A stretch of DNA of 64,000 bases from Callorhinchus milii (Eukaryota). Shown one piece after another: positions 1-14,400 of the stretch (positions are counted from its first letter, which is position 1; each line of letters starts with the position of its first letter). Location of the stretch: contig NW_024704743.1 of the NCBI RefSeq assembly GCF_018977255.1, forward strand, positions 12,464,001 to 12,528,000, in the 5' to 3' direction. The notes under the pieces were generated by a model. It saw only the letters and a program-made list of their open reading frames with translations, was not told the origin of the DNA and searched no databases. The translations under genes and the position numbers were made by a program.

Positions 1-3000
1 CTGCAAGTGCGTGTGTGTGTTGGGTGAAGGGTTAGTGGAATAAATGAAATGAGGGTACAGATTAACAATTTTTTGTGAATACAAATCACTTAAGTTCTGA
101 CCTGAAAGCACAGTTTTGCGGGAAAAGGATTTGAAATCACAGGCATTGTCATGCGTAATTGGCATTTGAATACAACATATTTATACCATTAAGCCTAGGT
201 GCTATATTAAATGCAAGGATTATTATTATTACATCTGCTAGCAGCTATCTCATAAATAAAAACTCCCTCTGGTTTTGGACTCACCAACAAGTGGTTTTGG
301 ATTCACCAACAAGTGATTAACGTTCACCTTATTGAATCCTTTCATAATGTTAAAATACCTCTGTCGGGTCTCCTCTCAAACATCTCATCTCCAGAGAAAT
401 AAAGCTCCAAACTTTCCAAATAGAATTAAGAAATAGCTTGAGACTCAGCCAGCCATCTGAATATTAAATTGCCAGCGACTGTGATTATAAAACTACATTC
501 TTAGCATGTAACAGAATTACTCAAAGCTAAGGCTTTAAATTCTAGAGTGCAATTAATCGTTCCACTTCTGATGTATGCAGATATCAGTGACTGCTTGAGA
601 GTTATAACATTGAAAAAAGACGGATGGTGATTAAAAAGTCAAGATCTGACAGCATATATTCCTCATTGTAAAATGTGACTTTTTTGGGTCAGTCATGTGT
701 CTTAACTCGTGCGGAAACTCATCATCCTCCTTGAGGGTATCCAACCAGACTGAGAGTTCCAAATATGTATGCCACCTAATGTGTGGAAATATCCTGTGTC
801 TGGAATGGACTGCACATTATCTCCTTGGAAGGACGCGCTTGTTTTACTTAATGCTGGAAAGTATTCACAACAACAACAACAAATTACATTTATTTAGCGC
901 CTTTCACTTAGGGAGAATGTCCCACGGCAATGGATAGCGAAAGAATAGAGAAAGGTTTCCACCTGAGCTGGGGTTGGAATCAAGAGGGGTACAGGATGGG
1001 AGGATGACTGAAGGGCTTGAGATGGACCTTGAAGGAGGCAAGGGAGGGAGTGAGGTGGAGGTAATCTGGGGTGGAGTTGCAGAGGGTGGGGATAGAAAGG
1101 CTGAAGGCCTGATCACCAATGGGAGGGAGCAGTGTGCGTCAACATGGAGGGGCCAGTACCTGCCGAACGGAGGAAGCAGGAAGGTAGGTAAGTAACTGAA
1201 GGCTCAGGTTGACAAGAGCTAAGACTTGGGTTAACCAGCTAACACTGTATAGCTTGCCATTGAAAGCATTGTCTGGCAAGCTTCCTGCTGCTTGTCCAGC
1301 TAGGACTATCCTACCCATTAGTTCTTTTCCTTGCAGGGTTAATGGGAGCTGAGTGGGAAGGAACTCTACTCTCAGTGCACTGTAAGAGACCTGGGAAACT
1401 ATGTTAGTATAATCATCCACTTGCAAGAAACCCAGACAACCAGAATTGCTCAGCGCCCAATGCTATTTATATCCTGCAGACAAAATTCACTGGCTCTGCC
1501 AGATACCTTAGATAGACTGGGTGAGCATAACTGAGAACAGAAGAGTCTTCTGGTACCACTGCACCAAGATGTTCGATAATTTTGGTTTACGTTCCGGAAA
1601 CTGCTGGCTGCTTTGCACATTTCCCAATGGTTCAGATGACATTTATCCAGCAAGTCCAAAAAAATAATACTTGCATTTTTAATAATAATCCTTACATGTG
1701 ATTACATTTGATCCTTACATAGCTCCTTATCACGTTGTTGAGACATCTCAAAGCACTTCACAGAATATACTGTAAAGTGAATTGACTGAATATTTTGTGG
1801 GCGAAACACGGCAGCCAATTGCGCACTGCAGTGTCACACAAACAGTTGGGGATTAAGTGACCAAATTATTATGATAAAAGATTACCTAGTAGATTAAATA
1901 GGGATCTTAGAAGGATCTTCTTCACACGAGAGGGTGGTGAGAATGTGGAACGGTGTGAGATTGTGGCAAAAAAAAGCATCAACATATTTAAGATAAAGCT
2001 TGATGTATATACAAGGGAGATGGGAAGAGAGGGGCTTAAAGCGGGGTGGATTAGAAAATAATTTGGTCACTCAATTCACAAAATACTGTCAATCCACTTT
2101 ACAGTATATTCTGTGAAGCGCTTTGAGATGCCTCAACGACGTGATAAGGAGCTATATCAAATGCAAGGATTATTATTTTTATGTGAGGGACCAATAAACA
2201 TGGCAATCAGTAGACTGCTGAATGGTAGGGAGAGGGAGGTCCACAAGTTAGGGGCATAGAATCTGAGGACTTGTCCACTGATGGTGATGGAGGGCAGGGA
2301 ATGCAGCAAGCCATTTCTAGATGAGTGGAGAAGTGGAGTAGAAGATCAAAGATGCTAGAGCATGAAGGGATTGTTTAGGTAGATGTTAAGGATTCCATGT
2401 CTCTATTGGAAAACAGTTTTGGCCAACAATCCCCCAAATAAAATTGATCACTTACTCCATGGCTGTTGGTGGGACATTGCTGTGTACAAATTGGCTGTTC
2501 TGTTCACTTAATGCACAGTCACGACACTTTACAACGACAACAACTTGCACTTATATAGTGCCCTCCATGCAGTGTAGTGTCTCAGAGCGCTTAACAGTGG
2601 CGGAGCCTGACTCCCAAGCCGGTGAGGGTGGGGGAGGTGACCATAAGCACGATTGAAAAGGAAGGTTTTCAGGTGGGACTTAAAAAAGGGGAGAGGGGGC
2701 AAGATGAAGGGATTGAGGGAGAGTGTTCCACAGTTCCAGGGCATAGTGGCTGAATGCGCGACCTCCAATGGTGGAACAGAGGGTACGATGGACAACTAGG
2801 AGACTGGTGCCAGTCGAGCTGAGGTGCCGGGTGGTGGAGTGAGGAGGCCGGAGAGGTAGGGAGGTGCCAGGGAGTGAATGGATTTGAACACGAGTGTGAG
2901 GATTCCCTGTAACAATGTATCCTTTGAAGTGATTTGAGACTCCTCCCAATATGAAAAGAACTATATTAAATGCAATGATTATTGTAGTAGTTTGAGAAAT

Positions 3001-3711
3001 GTGGCTTCCTTCCCACAACCTCTTTGCCCCTTCAGCACAATCTGTGCTTCTATTTAAGGCTTTGGTTCTGTTCTGCGAAGGCATGCAGTTTAAGAAACTG
3101 AACACTGCAAGACTGGATGTTAATCTCATACTGCAGGTCCTAAGTGGTTAAAATTGTTAACATTTAGTCATCAGCCTAGTTTCCATGATAATTTTGTTGG
3201 ACCTTGTATTATTCTGCCTTTAACATGCTTAAAGTTGAAATTTGTATCTCTTCATTCGCAGCTGGTAGGGCTGTTCATTTTTAATCTCAGTTTATTTTTC
3301 AAATACACCACAGAGACATTAAAAATCACATCCAAATGATGTGTGTGTGGGGCGAGGGGGGGAGTTGATTTCTGCACAAAGTTATGTCAGTGGGGGGTTT
3401 CTCTGCATGGAGTGCATGCACAACACACAGGAAGTGCTGTCAGTGTATTTCCTGTGTATGTGACAGAAGGGGTGACCAGGCTGGCGGACCTCGTAACACA
3501 CTAGACTGAGTTTGTAGACCCAAATCATCATGTTAGTATGGGGTTGGCTTGTATTTGCAAATGAAATATACATATCGTAGAAAACCACAGGCAATAAGGC
3601 CACACATATGAAATACTTGATTGAAGAAGGGGTCATGAAGGAATTGGAGATCGATTGTAGAGCTCGAAAGTGAAGGGTGGGGGAAGTGAGGAGACATGCG
3701 GGTAAGAATAA

Positions 3712-4430
3712 CAGCGACAAAATTACATTTGTATAGAGCCTTTCAAATTGGGAGGATGTCCCAAGGTACTGGACAATGCATGTTTGGGACCCGAGCTGGG
3801 GGTCAGGATCGGGGAGGGTGGAGGGCAGTGCCGGAAGGAAAGTGATCGAGGGCATGGTCGGTCTTCAGACGGGTCTTGAAGGAGGCAAGGGGTGGGTGGG
3901 CGAGGCAGAGGGACTGGGGGATGGAGTTCCAGTGGGTGGGAGCAGAGTGGCTGAAGACTCGCCTGCCAATGGTGGGGCAGGCAAGGTGGGGGGATGTGAA
4001 GCAGGCCGAAGCCCTCTGAGCAGAGGTAGAGGGGAGCAAAACCATAGAGGGCTTTGAAAGTGAGGACCAAGATCTTGAACTGTATCCTCTGTATGATGGG
4101 AAGCCAGTGGAGTTGGGTAACGATGGGGGTGATAGGGTCACGGAGCCTAGTGCGGGAGAGGACACGGGCTGCAGAGTTCTGGATGATCTGCAGCCTGTGG
4201 ATGGAGGAGTTGGGGAGGCCAACAAGCAGGGAGTTATGCATAGTCGAGCCTCGATGTAATGAAAGCATGTATGAGGGTCTCGGGAGCCTGCAGCGTGAGA
4301 CAATGGTGGAGCCGGGCAATGTTGCGGAGGTGGGGAAAGGCGGACCGGATCATTGGCACGGTTGTGGGATATGATGGACAGTTTCGCGTCAAACAGGACG
4401 CCAAAGTTCTGTATTGGCTCAGTGAAATGT
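3712..4430 (-). mobile_element. L2 3' fragment
   Basis: LHWLPIIQRIQFKIL and AFITSRLDY on the minus strand, with the family tail. Confidence 0.85.
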
Positions 4431-4711
4431 TGACATAAAATGTTATAGCACAAAAACAGGCCATCCGTGCTGGGTGGAGTTGATACTCCACATGAGCCTC
4501 CACCCATCCTAATCCCCTCTTTTTCCCTTCTCGCTTGTGTATTTTAGTTAAATGCTCCCGGTCAGTCAGCAATGAGCTTTGACTGCCAGGATTCAAACGG
4601 CACCAAGTCATTAATTTTATAGGGAACCCTTTTAGACACCAGGGCTTCTGAACCTTCCATAAAAATGATTCGCTTGCTGCTAAGGACACATATGTTTTCT
4701 TTTCCCCTTAG

Positions 4712-4770
4712 GAATGTTAACGATAACAGACTTCATAAACATACTCCACAGATACTACAAGTCACCCATG
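4712..4770 (+). CDS. PRKAG2: AMPK gamma-2 internal coding exon ([20 protein letters not shown])
   Basis: Acceptor ttttcccctta-g, donor gtaagt, 59 bp. Translation matches the CBS1 region of AMPK gamma-2. Upstream exons lie outside the window. Confidence 0.96.
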
Positions 4771-5694
4771 GTAAGTGCTGCTCATCTTCAAACTTCACTC
4801 CAGCAGCTGAGGCTGAAAAAGGAACTAGGTGGTGAAAGACACCTGATGTTAGATCATCAAAACTTGTGAAACTGTCTTTGATTATTGACTGGTCGGAGTG
4901 TGTGAACTTTCCTTCCCAGTGGATTGATCCTAAGCTTTTAGAACCGCAGAAATTTACAGTCATTTGGCCCATTATACCCTGTCCGCTGGCTCTCTGAAAG
5001 AACAATCATTTCAGCCCCATTTTCATGCCTTTTTCCCAGTTCACATACTCCCAACATCCTCTTGTATGTCCCCCACCCCCTTTCCCACACAATGGTCTGA
5101 AGTTTTTTGAGGGACCATTTGATATAGAGCCTTTCATATCAGAAGGATGTCTGAAAGAGCTTCACAGGATATCAGGATATACTGCAAAGTGTAGTGACTG
5201 CAGTATTTTGCAGGTGATGTTGGCAGGCAATTTAGGTGTTTCTTTGTCTGTATGGCCACCTCTTCTCTCTCCCTGGTTTGGCATCAAGCTCTGTCACTGT
5301 TTAGCACTACAAGCCTCAGTTTAACAGCACTTCCAGCTATGCAATCCCCTACCCCCAGTACTGCATTGGAGTGTTAGTCTAGATTGCGAGGACAGTAAAG
5401 GCTGAATCTTTACTTCCTCAAAAGAACAAATTGTAGACTCCCTCAACTTGACTCAGGGGGAAAGCCAAACTTTGCCATGTGTGTTGTGTTCCGTGCTTCT
5501 GTATTTTCTCAGCATATTAAATTGCTGCTTGGTTCCTGTCATATAATCCCTAATGAAGGAATCTGCATGACCCAGGGTTCCTGCATGAACATGCAAAATC
5601 TTTTTCTCTTTTACAGCACATTGCAATCATACCAGTGCAAGGAAAGGTGCTGTGTTTAGTAATCTAGATTTTATATATAATAATATATATAATA

Positions 5695-6030
5695 AATAAT
5701 GCTAAGAATCCTGACTTTTGGTATAGGACCTTATCACATCGTTGATACGTCTCAAAGTGCTTCACAAAATATATTGCGAAATGGATTGACTGTGTATTTG
5801 TGGGAAAAACGCAACAGCCAATAGGGCACAGCAAACCATTGTGGATTAAGTGACAAATTATTTTTTTTTGAAAGATTATTAACCATGGTAAGTGATCCGC
5901 CAATCGACTAACAACCGGGTTACTACTTACTGCCAGATAAACTGAGGTATTTGGAGTCAGGAAATTTGCCGAAGGTTTCCCCCGCCCAGGAATCAAACTC
6001 AGGTCCTCTTACTTGCGAAGCAAAGCACCT
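5695..6030 (-). mobile_element. SINE family A copy
   Basis: Colinear with 15171-15545. Confidence 0.8.
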
Positions 6031-7652
6031 CACCCAATATTCTGTAAAGTTTAATGATTGTAATTTGTAGACAAACTATATATAGTTGATGCTGACGTGT
6101 GAATGTGCGGTAAATGTGTTTAAGCGATCTGAGACTCTACCCTGCATGAAGGGTGCTGTATATAAATCCAAGTGGTGGTATTTTATACATCTCTTGAATG
6201 ATACTGTCTCTACAATCCATAAATTCTTGGTCCTTTTCTTTCTCTGAATGAAAATGCTAATGTTAAGTCGGTCTTAAGACCTTTCTTTTCAACCATGCTT
6301 TTTGTCACCTCTTCACTCTCCCCTTTTTTCAGCTCCTCCCACCCCCAGCTCGGGCTCCTAGCCGATGTGAAAGGTGCTATGTATATATAAAATTGTTGTC
6401 GGATGTGAGGATTATAATTGCAACCAAGACCTTTTTTTTAGAGGTCTTAGTTACAATTATAATACTTACATTTGGTATAGCACCTTATCGTTGTTGAAAC
6501 GTCTCAATGTCCTTCGCAGGATTCCAGCACTCTCACTTCTGAGTCAGAAGATTGTCCATTTAAGCCCCAAAACATCAGGATTTAAACTCACACAAATCTA
6601 GGCTGTCATTTCAATGTAGTGCTGGAGGTTAAACGCCTTCTGGATGTTAAAAATAAAAGCTTCTACATGTAACCATTTAAATACTTTGAGATTACACAAC
6701 AAAAATAGGTTCAGGATTTCTCTTTGGAGCATGTACGGCATTTACATAGAATTACATAGAACAATACGGCATGGAAACAGGCCATTTAGTCCACTTGGCC
6801 CGTGCTAGTGTTTATACTCATGAGCCTAAACTAGGCTAACGCTGTAGTGCAGTGCTGGGAAGGAGCTATCCTTCAGATGAGATGTTAATCCGGGGTGCTG
6901 CTTTGTTTGCCTGTTCAGATTATCAAATGTTGATTCTGTGAAGAGCTTTGAGACGTCTCAACAACGTGATGGGGGGGCTATATCATATGCAAGGATTATT
7001 ATTATAAATGCAAGGATTGTTATTTATCACTGTCATAAAAAGGTGTTTGTAAAATCGTGTAACATTTAAGTAACTTTTAGCAAATTGTCCACGTTTCAGT
7101 GAAATGTCCTTGCGTACCTTGCCAAAAAATTCAAGTGTACAGGATTCCCCCCTTCTCTGACAGTATTTTCAGTTCATTTCCAAAGCATTTAGTTAAGTTG
7201 AATTCTGTGAACCTGAAGTTTTAAAACTGCATTTTATACTTAGCAGAAGTAATTACTGTATAGTTTTAATATTGTATTATTTGATGGATGTGATTTACTT
7301 TGAGGTTTTCATACAGATGCCTGTAGCAGGAATTTTTTTTGTGTAAAGATCTATGAACCTGAAATGAAAATATTAATTGGAGGCAGCGTCGCTTGTTGGA
7401 TAAATCCATCATTCCTTTGCCATTCCCCTCTGAGTGATGCAGCGTTTTAAGATATTGTTTCTTATCACCATGTGCCTGGTATTTTCCTATGCAACAATGC
7501 CTGTAAGAAAGGGAGATCAAAAGTAAAATCCTCCTTTTTTCAGTTTTGTCTGAGTACATTAACTTAATCAGTAATAATTTTTGCATTTGATAGAGTGTCT
7601 CAAAGTGCTTCACGTGAAGTACTCTGAAATACAGCACGTGTATTTTGTATAT

Positions 7653-7845
7653 GGAGTCCTGTAGTGTAGTGGTTAGAGCTGGTCACTCAATCCACAACTG
7701 TTTGTGGGATATTGCTATGCCCAATTGGCTGCCGTGTTTCGCCCACAAAATATACAGTCAATTCACTTTACAGTATAGCCTGTGAAGCGCTTGGAGACTT
7801 TGAAGTGATAAGGAGTATATTGAATGCATGGGTTATTATTATTAA
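7653..7845 (+). mobile_element. SINE family A copy, internally deleted
   Basis: The head ggagtcctgtagtgtagtggttagag is joined directly to the 3' core and tail. Confidence 0.75.
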
Positions 7846-8562
7846 ATCGGCAGCCATTTTGCGCACAAATGTCTCACAAACAGCCATGAAGGGAATGACC
7901 ATTTTTTCTAGGGCATCATTTGCCAGGACATCCAGACAGACTCCCTTCTCTTTTCAAATAGTGCCATTGGATCTTTAACATACACTTGAACAGGCAGATG
8001 GGACCTCGGTTTAACCTTTCACTGAAGGACAGAATCTTCCTACGATGCAACGCTCCCTTTAGAACTGCATTGGACTGTCGGCCTAGACTATGAGCTCATA
8101 TGCCACAGCATTTGAACCTTATTAGGAATATAGGAATTCACAGGACCTTAAAAGACCAATACTGCCTCTCTGAGTGGTTCCAAAATGAATACTTAATTTT
8201 GGGCACTGTATCTCTTGTACCCTCAGCTGTCTAATTCCCCCTTATATTTACTGACACAAATCTTCTTCCTCAAATAGTCCATTCCATGCTATTCACGGTT
8301 CCCTGTGTTTAAATCAAACCCTCTAAGCTCAAGCTCCCTTGACTGCCCCCTTCATTGTTTGAGTTTGTGACCAGTTTGATTTCCACCTTGAGTCTCAATT
8401 TAATGGGTGCAGTTTGCTCATTTGTAATGTGATGTGCTTTTATCATCTGTCCTCGTTGTTGACCCCTTCATTAAAATCGACAGCACAAAGGAATAAACCT
8501 ATTATGTTAGACCTTAAATAGGTCTGGTACATTTTAATGGCTTGTACATTTTCTTCCATTAG

Positions 8563-8608
8563 GTACAAATCTATGAACTGGAGGAGCACAAGATTGAATC
8601 ATGGAGAG
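8563..8608 (+). CDS. PRKAG2: AMPK gamma-2 exon (VQIYELEEHKIESWR)
   Basis: ttcttccattag acceptor, gtgaat donor, 46 bp; phase compatible with neighbouring exons. Confidence 0.96.
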
Positions 8609-9477
8609 GTGAATATAAACAGCTGCTTAATATTGTACAGAGTACATTTCTCCCCTGAAATACATTGGGCATTGATCAGTCTTTTGAAGAGAAATTGCTT
8701 GATTGGAAGGCGAGACATGTACAGGTTTAATACAATGTTTTATGTGATACTCATACTTACAGCAGTTTAAGTCCTTATGAAATTACAAAACCTTTATATT
8801 GATGAGCTGAGTCAAGGTTGTAATTTTCACAGCTAAAGTCTGTTAACCAATGAAGGTGTCTGCAATACCATTTAGGAATAGGATCTCTTGGACACTGGAA
8901 ATAGCCATAACAGGACCTTGTATTTTACACTGATTCAGGCTTTATAAAACTGTCGGCAAATGTAATCAGAATTAAATGTAATCAGAAATTCTGATTACAA
9001 GATTGGTTTGGATGAAAGGTTTAGAAGATTGGCCCATTTCAGCTCATCCCTCTAGAATATTATTATTAATACTGTCTTCCCATCACAGCGTCAAGCTGTT
9101 TTCAAATGAGTCCCAGTGTCTTGGCCTTGAACAACTTTCCTGGCAACCTGTTCCAGTCTGATATTACCCTCCGAGTAAAGAGAAACTTCCTGTTCTCTGT
9201 CCCTTTGTGACAGTAAACCTGTCTCATCTTGTTCTACTTTTTAATGCATCATGTCTTCATTTAGCCAGAAAGCTAACTCTCCACTTAATTTTTAAAGGTA
9301 AAACTAATCTAAAAGCTACTATGCTCCGCCACCTAATGGTGAGGATGCAGAACAGCTGTGCAGTTGCTTTATTTTAATAATTTCAGTTCATGTTTGTTCA
9401 TCCAGAGGCACAGTGTCCACCTGTTATCTAATTGAAATATTCCACGGAAGTGATATTATTTGATTAATCAATCAACA

Positions 9478-9811
9478 AGGCTCCTTATCACGTCTTCGAG
9501 ACATCTCAAAGCGCTTCACAGAATATACTGTAAAGTCAATTGACTGTTTTGTGGGCAAAACGCAGCAGTCAATTGCACACAGCAGTGTCTCACAAACTTT
9601 TGTGGATTAAGTGACCAAATTATTATTATTTTTTAACTAATTATTACCCCCGGAAAAGCAATATGCCAATCAACTAACAACCGGGTTTCTACTTACTGCT
9701 AGGTAAACAAGCGTGTGGAGTAAGGAAACTTGCTCAACGTTTCGCCCTTCCGGGAATCAAATCCAAATCGCTTACGAGGCAAGAGCTCTAACCACTAAGC
9801 TACAGGACTCT
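9478..9811 (-). mobile_element. SINE family A copy
   Basis: Colinear with 15171-15545. Confidence 0.85.
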
Positions 9812-9972
9812 TAATTGGTGGCATAACGGCGTTCGTACATCCAGTGCCTGGAATCCACCTTGGCACACAATGGTTCTGACTTCATAAATGTTCATGTGAT
9901 CTCTCGGATACTTGTGATACGCGACACCTCTTTTCCACTGTCCCTCACCCGTGCCTTGTTTTTCTTCCTCAG

Positions 9973-10027
9973 AGCTTTATTTGCAAGAAACATTTAAGCC
10001 TTTAGTGAACATATCACCAGATGCAAG
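9973..10027 (+). CDS. PRKAG2: AMPK gamma-2 exon (ELYLQETFKPLVNISPDAS)
   Basis: tttcttcctcag acceptor, gtgggt donor, 55 bp; gamma-2-type peptide. Confidence 0.96.
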
Positions 10028-10606
10028 GTGGGTAAAATGTGCGGATGAATGTTTATTTTCTTTTAATCTTATTTGTGAAAGGCGCTATACAAATGTAATT
10101 TTGTTGTTGTTGTATTGAGGTCAGTATAAAGTCTGCTGACCTGGCTGCGATTAATGAGTTGGTTGATGGTTGGTGGGTTTAGAAATGGAGGCTTTTGTAG
10201 TCTGGTCATGTGTGGTCATGAGGTCATATGTGGTCATGAGGTAACATGGACTGGATGAGCCTCTGGCGTTACACCTGATTTGACTCAGGTATATTAAAGA
10301 ATTGACACTGGCAGATAAATGCAAAAATACAGTCACTACAGTTTACAGTAAATCCTGTAAAGAGCTTTGAGACATCCTCCCAAACTGAAAGATAGTATAT
10401 ATCAAATGTAAGGATTATTATTTACTCAAATGTTCAGAATACTTTATTGGCTCATCATGAACAGCCTCCAGAGGGTGCTATATAAACGCAGGTTGTTGTT
10501 TTATGTTACGGCAAGGTTTCACTGGATATATCTCTTGTATTGGTGCTTGATATAAGACTTGTTATGAAGGACTGACATGTTGCTGTGCCCTGCTGTTCTT
10601 CACTGA

Positions 10607-10765
<159 letters not shown>

Positions 10766-12109
10766 TGAAGTACAGGCATGATATAATCAGCTGTGTGTCA
10801 GTACAGTATTTGGCTGAATACCTTGTGTGTCGTTCTCAATGTGCTATGTGTGCGTCTGGGTGCACACACCAAAATACATGTAAAACAACCACCCACAAAT
10901 TACATTTATATAGAGCCTTTCACATCAGGAGGACATCCCAAGGTCCTGACAATCGAGGATTTGCACTTGAGCAGGTGGTGAATTCGGGAGAGTGGGGCCA
11001 AGATTGAGTAGGGTGGGGGAAAGATGATCGAAGGCACAGTCAAAGAGGAAGGTCTTTAGACCTCAGACCTTGAAGGAGGCGAGGGAGGGGGTGAGGCGAA
11101 AGGATTCCAGGGTGGAGTTCTAGAGAATGGGGCAGAAAGACTGAAAGCCTGACTGCTGATGGTGGGGCTGGCAGGTTGGGGCATGTGAAGCTGACTATTG
11201 TCTACCAAGCAAAGGGAGCAGGTAGGTTGGTAGGGTTTAAGAAGGTCACAGAGATAGGGAGGGGCAAGACCGTGGAGGGATTTAAAAGTTATGACAAGGA
11301 TCTTGAAATGAATCCTTTGAGGGATGGGGAGCCAGCAATCGTGCTGCTGCGTTTGCCTACAAATACATAGCCATTCCACTTCACAGTAAATCCTGTGATG
11401 ATCCCTTGAGACATCTTTTATCATGTGATAAGGCGCTCTACTAAATGCAAGGATTATTATACCAGTGATTCCATCGATAAATCAAATCAATTCCTATCTG
11501 CTCCTGATCAGGTGGTGGATTATAAAAACGGGCACACTTTAAATGTAGCCTTTGTTCTATTTTTACGCCTGTGATTGCAGAGATGTCACTTCATCAACTT
11601 TGGAGGTATATTAGTGCATTGATATATGTCTGACTTCTGAATAAAGGCAGTGTGACCACATAGGACTCGAATGATCCTTGATAATCTTGTACAGTTCATG
11701 CACTTAGTTGCAGTTTGTTCACAACTATTAATTTCACATGAAATTAGTCAAGACGACCTGATTTGTCAGTGCTGGTATGTACATGCCACACAAACCCTCC
11801 TAATCCCCTCCCCCATATCCCGCTCGAAATTGCGGGGGAGTTTTTGACAAATTTTGCAGAAAATTTCAGGGAGATCAATGGTGCTATTGAGGTACATTTT
11901 ACTGCCAATCTACATTTTTTCACTTTATTGATAAAAACTAAACATGAGGAAATAACACATAATAGATTGTTGCAAAAAAAATATTAATTACTTCTTTAAC
12001 ATAAACTGAGTGGGCCTTTTTTGGAAGGGGTGACGACGACACCAGAGAAGCTACAGGAGCTCACCACCTCCTGCCTCTCAGGGTCGGTACTGCATGTAGA
12101 CCCAGAGAG

Positions 12110-12545
12110 AGGCCCACATACAGACACAAAGAGACATACACACTCACAAACACAGAGACGCGCACTCAGAGAGAGAGAGAGAGAGACACACACACTCATA
12201 GACACAGACACTCAGAAACACACACGCATATAGAAGAGACGCCCCCAGACACACTTACAAACATACATACATACAGAGGAGAGACACTCACACACAGACA
12301 CTCAAACATGTGGAGAGAGACATAATCACACACATTCACAACACAAAGAGACACACAGACGCTCACAAACACATGGAGAGACACATTCATACACTCAAAC
12401 ACAAAGACACACACACAGACCTTCACAAACACATGGAGACACCACACACAGACACTCACAAACACAGACAGAGAGACACACACAGACACTCACAATCACA
12501 TAGAGAGACACACGCAGACACTCACAATCACAAATACACAGACAA
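12110..12545. repeat. Degenerate (CA)/(GA) low-complexity tract
   Basis: Direct inspection; it accounts for the HT/CV-rich spurious ORFs. Confidence 0.95.
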
Positions 12546-13175
12546 TCACGGCAGCAGGGCCTCCGAGTGAAACCCATTTGCTGCTTGTGCTGCATCGAGC
12601 ATGCAAATCTGGAGCCGCTCCACTCACAGTGACGTCAGGTAACCAGCGAGCAGCCTGTGGATCAGAAACTTCATTTATAGCGGGTTTGTAGTGAAGGGTG
12701 TTTATATCGGATTCCGCGGGAAAAGTGCCGCCACACTTTTCTATTCGCCCAGCTCAAGACCTTTCTCTTTGACCACGTATCCAGCCATCTTTTCCCATTC
12801 CCTCCCCTCCTTCCCCCTCTGAATTCAACCCCCAGCTCGGGTGCAAACCTTGGACGTTTGGATGTCCTCCTGATGTGAAAGGCACTGTATAAATTTGTAT
12901 TGTACTATATGTGACTTATTAATGGCAGTGATTTTATTATTACTGCTTTTTCACTATGACTAGACCAGGCTCTGTGAACCAATCACCCTCATCCTTACTC
13001 GGCTCCATTGGCTCTCCGTCCGCCAGCAGATCAAATTCAAAATTCTCACCCTCACTTCCATGGTCTTAACCCATCCAACCTCTGTATCATCTTCACAAGA
13101 AGCACTTCACAGGATATCAAATGCAAGGAATTTGTTTTAGTATTATCTTAATCTCAGTTAATCTATTTGACATTT

Positions 13176-13558
13176 AGGAGCTGAACTGGCTCCAAGGTGA
13201 CATGCCTGGCAACGGGCTGTCAGAATGTCAGAGCCTTCTGTGGCAGTCTTGGTGTTCCGGTTCCTGAGCTCGGCAGGTCTGCAGTATTCCAGGGCACTGC
13301 TGATGGCAGCACAGCCCAGCCTGGCTCATTGTCAGGACCTGGAAAGGCAGACCAGTCACTGGGGGCAGAGACTCTTCCCACTCAGCTCCCATTAACCCTG
13401 CAAGCCAAGCCCCAACGGGTAGGGTGGTCCTAGCTGGACAAGCAGTGGGAAAGCTTGCCAGACAGCAATATCAATGGCAAGCTTTGCTGCTTAACTGGTT
13501 AGCCTCCAGCAGTACCCCAACACACAACCTGGGGTCCCCAAGCCAGGGCTCTTGCCAA
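13176..13558 (+). repeat. Unclassified interspersed repeat
   Basis: The core cttcccactcagctcccattaaccctgcaag...gggtagggtggtcctagctggacaagcagtggg recurs at ~1205-1370(-), 41440-41685(+), 43785-43915(-), 48620-48865(-) and 58680-58715(+). Confidence 0.75.
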
Positions 13559-13559
13559 T

Positions 13560-14400
13560 ATGACCGATGCTCTATCAGCTTGTCTGGCAGACATCAGGGT
13601 CTGGATGAGTGCAAACTTCCTGCAGCTGAATATGGACAAGACGGAAGCCATAGCTCCCGGCGACGTCTTCACTCCTGCAGATCTGAACTCCCTGGGCTCT
13701 CCCTCACGCTCACTGAACCAGTGTGCATTCTAGGCGCCGGTTCGACCCCCAGCTGTCCTTCCTTCTCCACATCTGGTCCCTGACCAGACCACCTTCCTCT
13801 ACCTCCACCACATTGCCCACCTCCCACCGTACCTTAACCCAAATGCTTCAGAAACCCTCGTGCATGTGTTTTGTCACCTCCCGCAAGGATTACTCAAACG
13901 CATTCCTCGCCAGTCTCTCCAGTTCCACTATTCTAAAATCCAGCTCATTTAGAACTCTGCTGCCTGCATTACTGATCCCGACCAAACTCTGTACCCCCAC
14001 CTCACTTGTTTTGGCTCCCCATCATGGATCGACTTCAAGAACCTCACACTTGTGTTCAAATCCCTTCACTTCCTGGCACCTCTCTACCTCTCCGACCTCC
14101 TCACTCCCCAATCCACCACCCGACACCTCCACATGACTGGCACCAGCCTCCTCTTTGTCCCTCGAATCCTCCACTCCACAATTAATGATCGCACATTCAG
14201 CCCCGAAATTCTGGAACACTCTCCCTCATTGCCTTGCCCACTTTCCCCTTTTTCAAGTCCTGTATGAAAACCTTCCTTTTTTAATCGTGCTTCCGGTCAC
14301 CTCCCCCCCATCACACACCCCCGGAGTCGCTCGTAGTCAGGCTTTGCCACAGTTGCTACCCTGCGTGGAGGATGCTATATAAGTGAAAGTTGTTGTCGTT
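13560..14400 (+). mobile_element. Decayed L2 3' fragment
   Basis: FKSLHFLAPLYLSDLL; ends in a (GTT)n-like tail. Confidence 0.8.

Noticed and set aside
11996..12595. His/Thr- and Cys/Val-rich ORFs
   Set aside because: These are translations of the CA/GA low-complexity tract.
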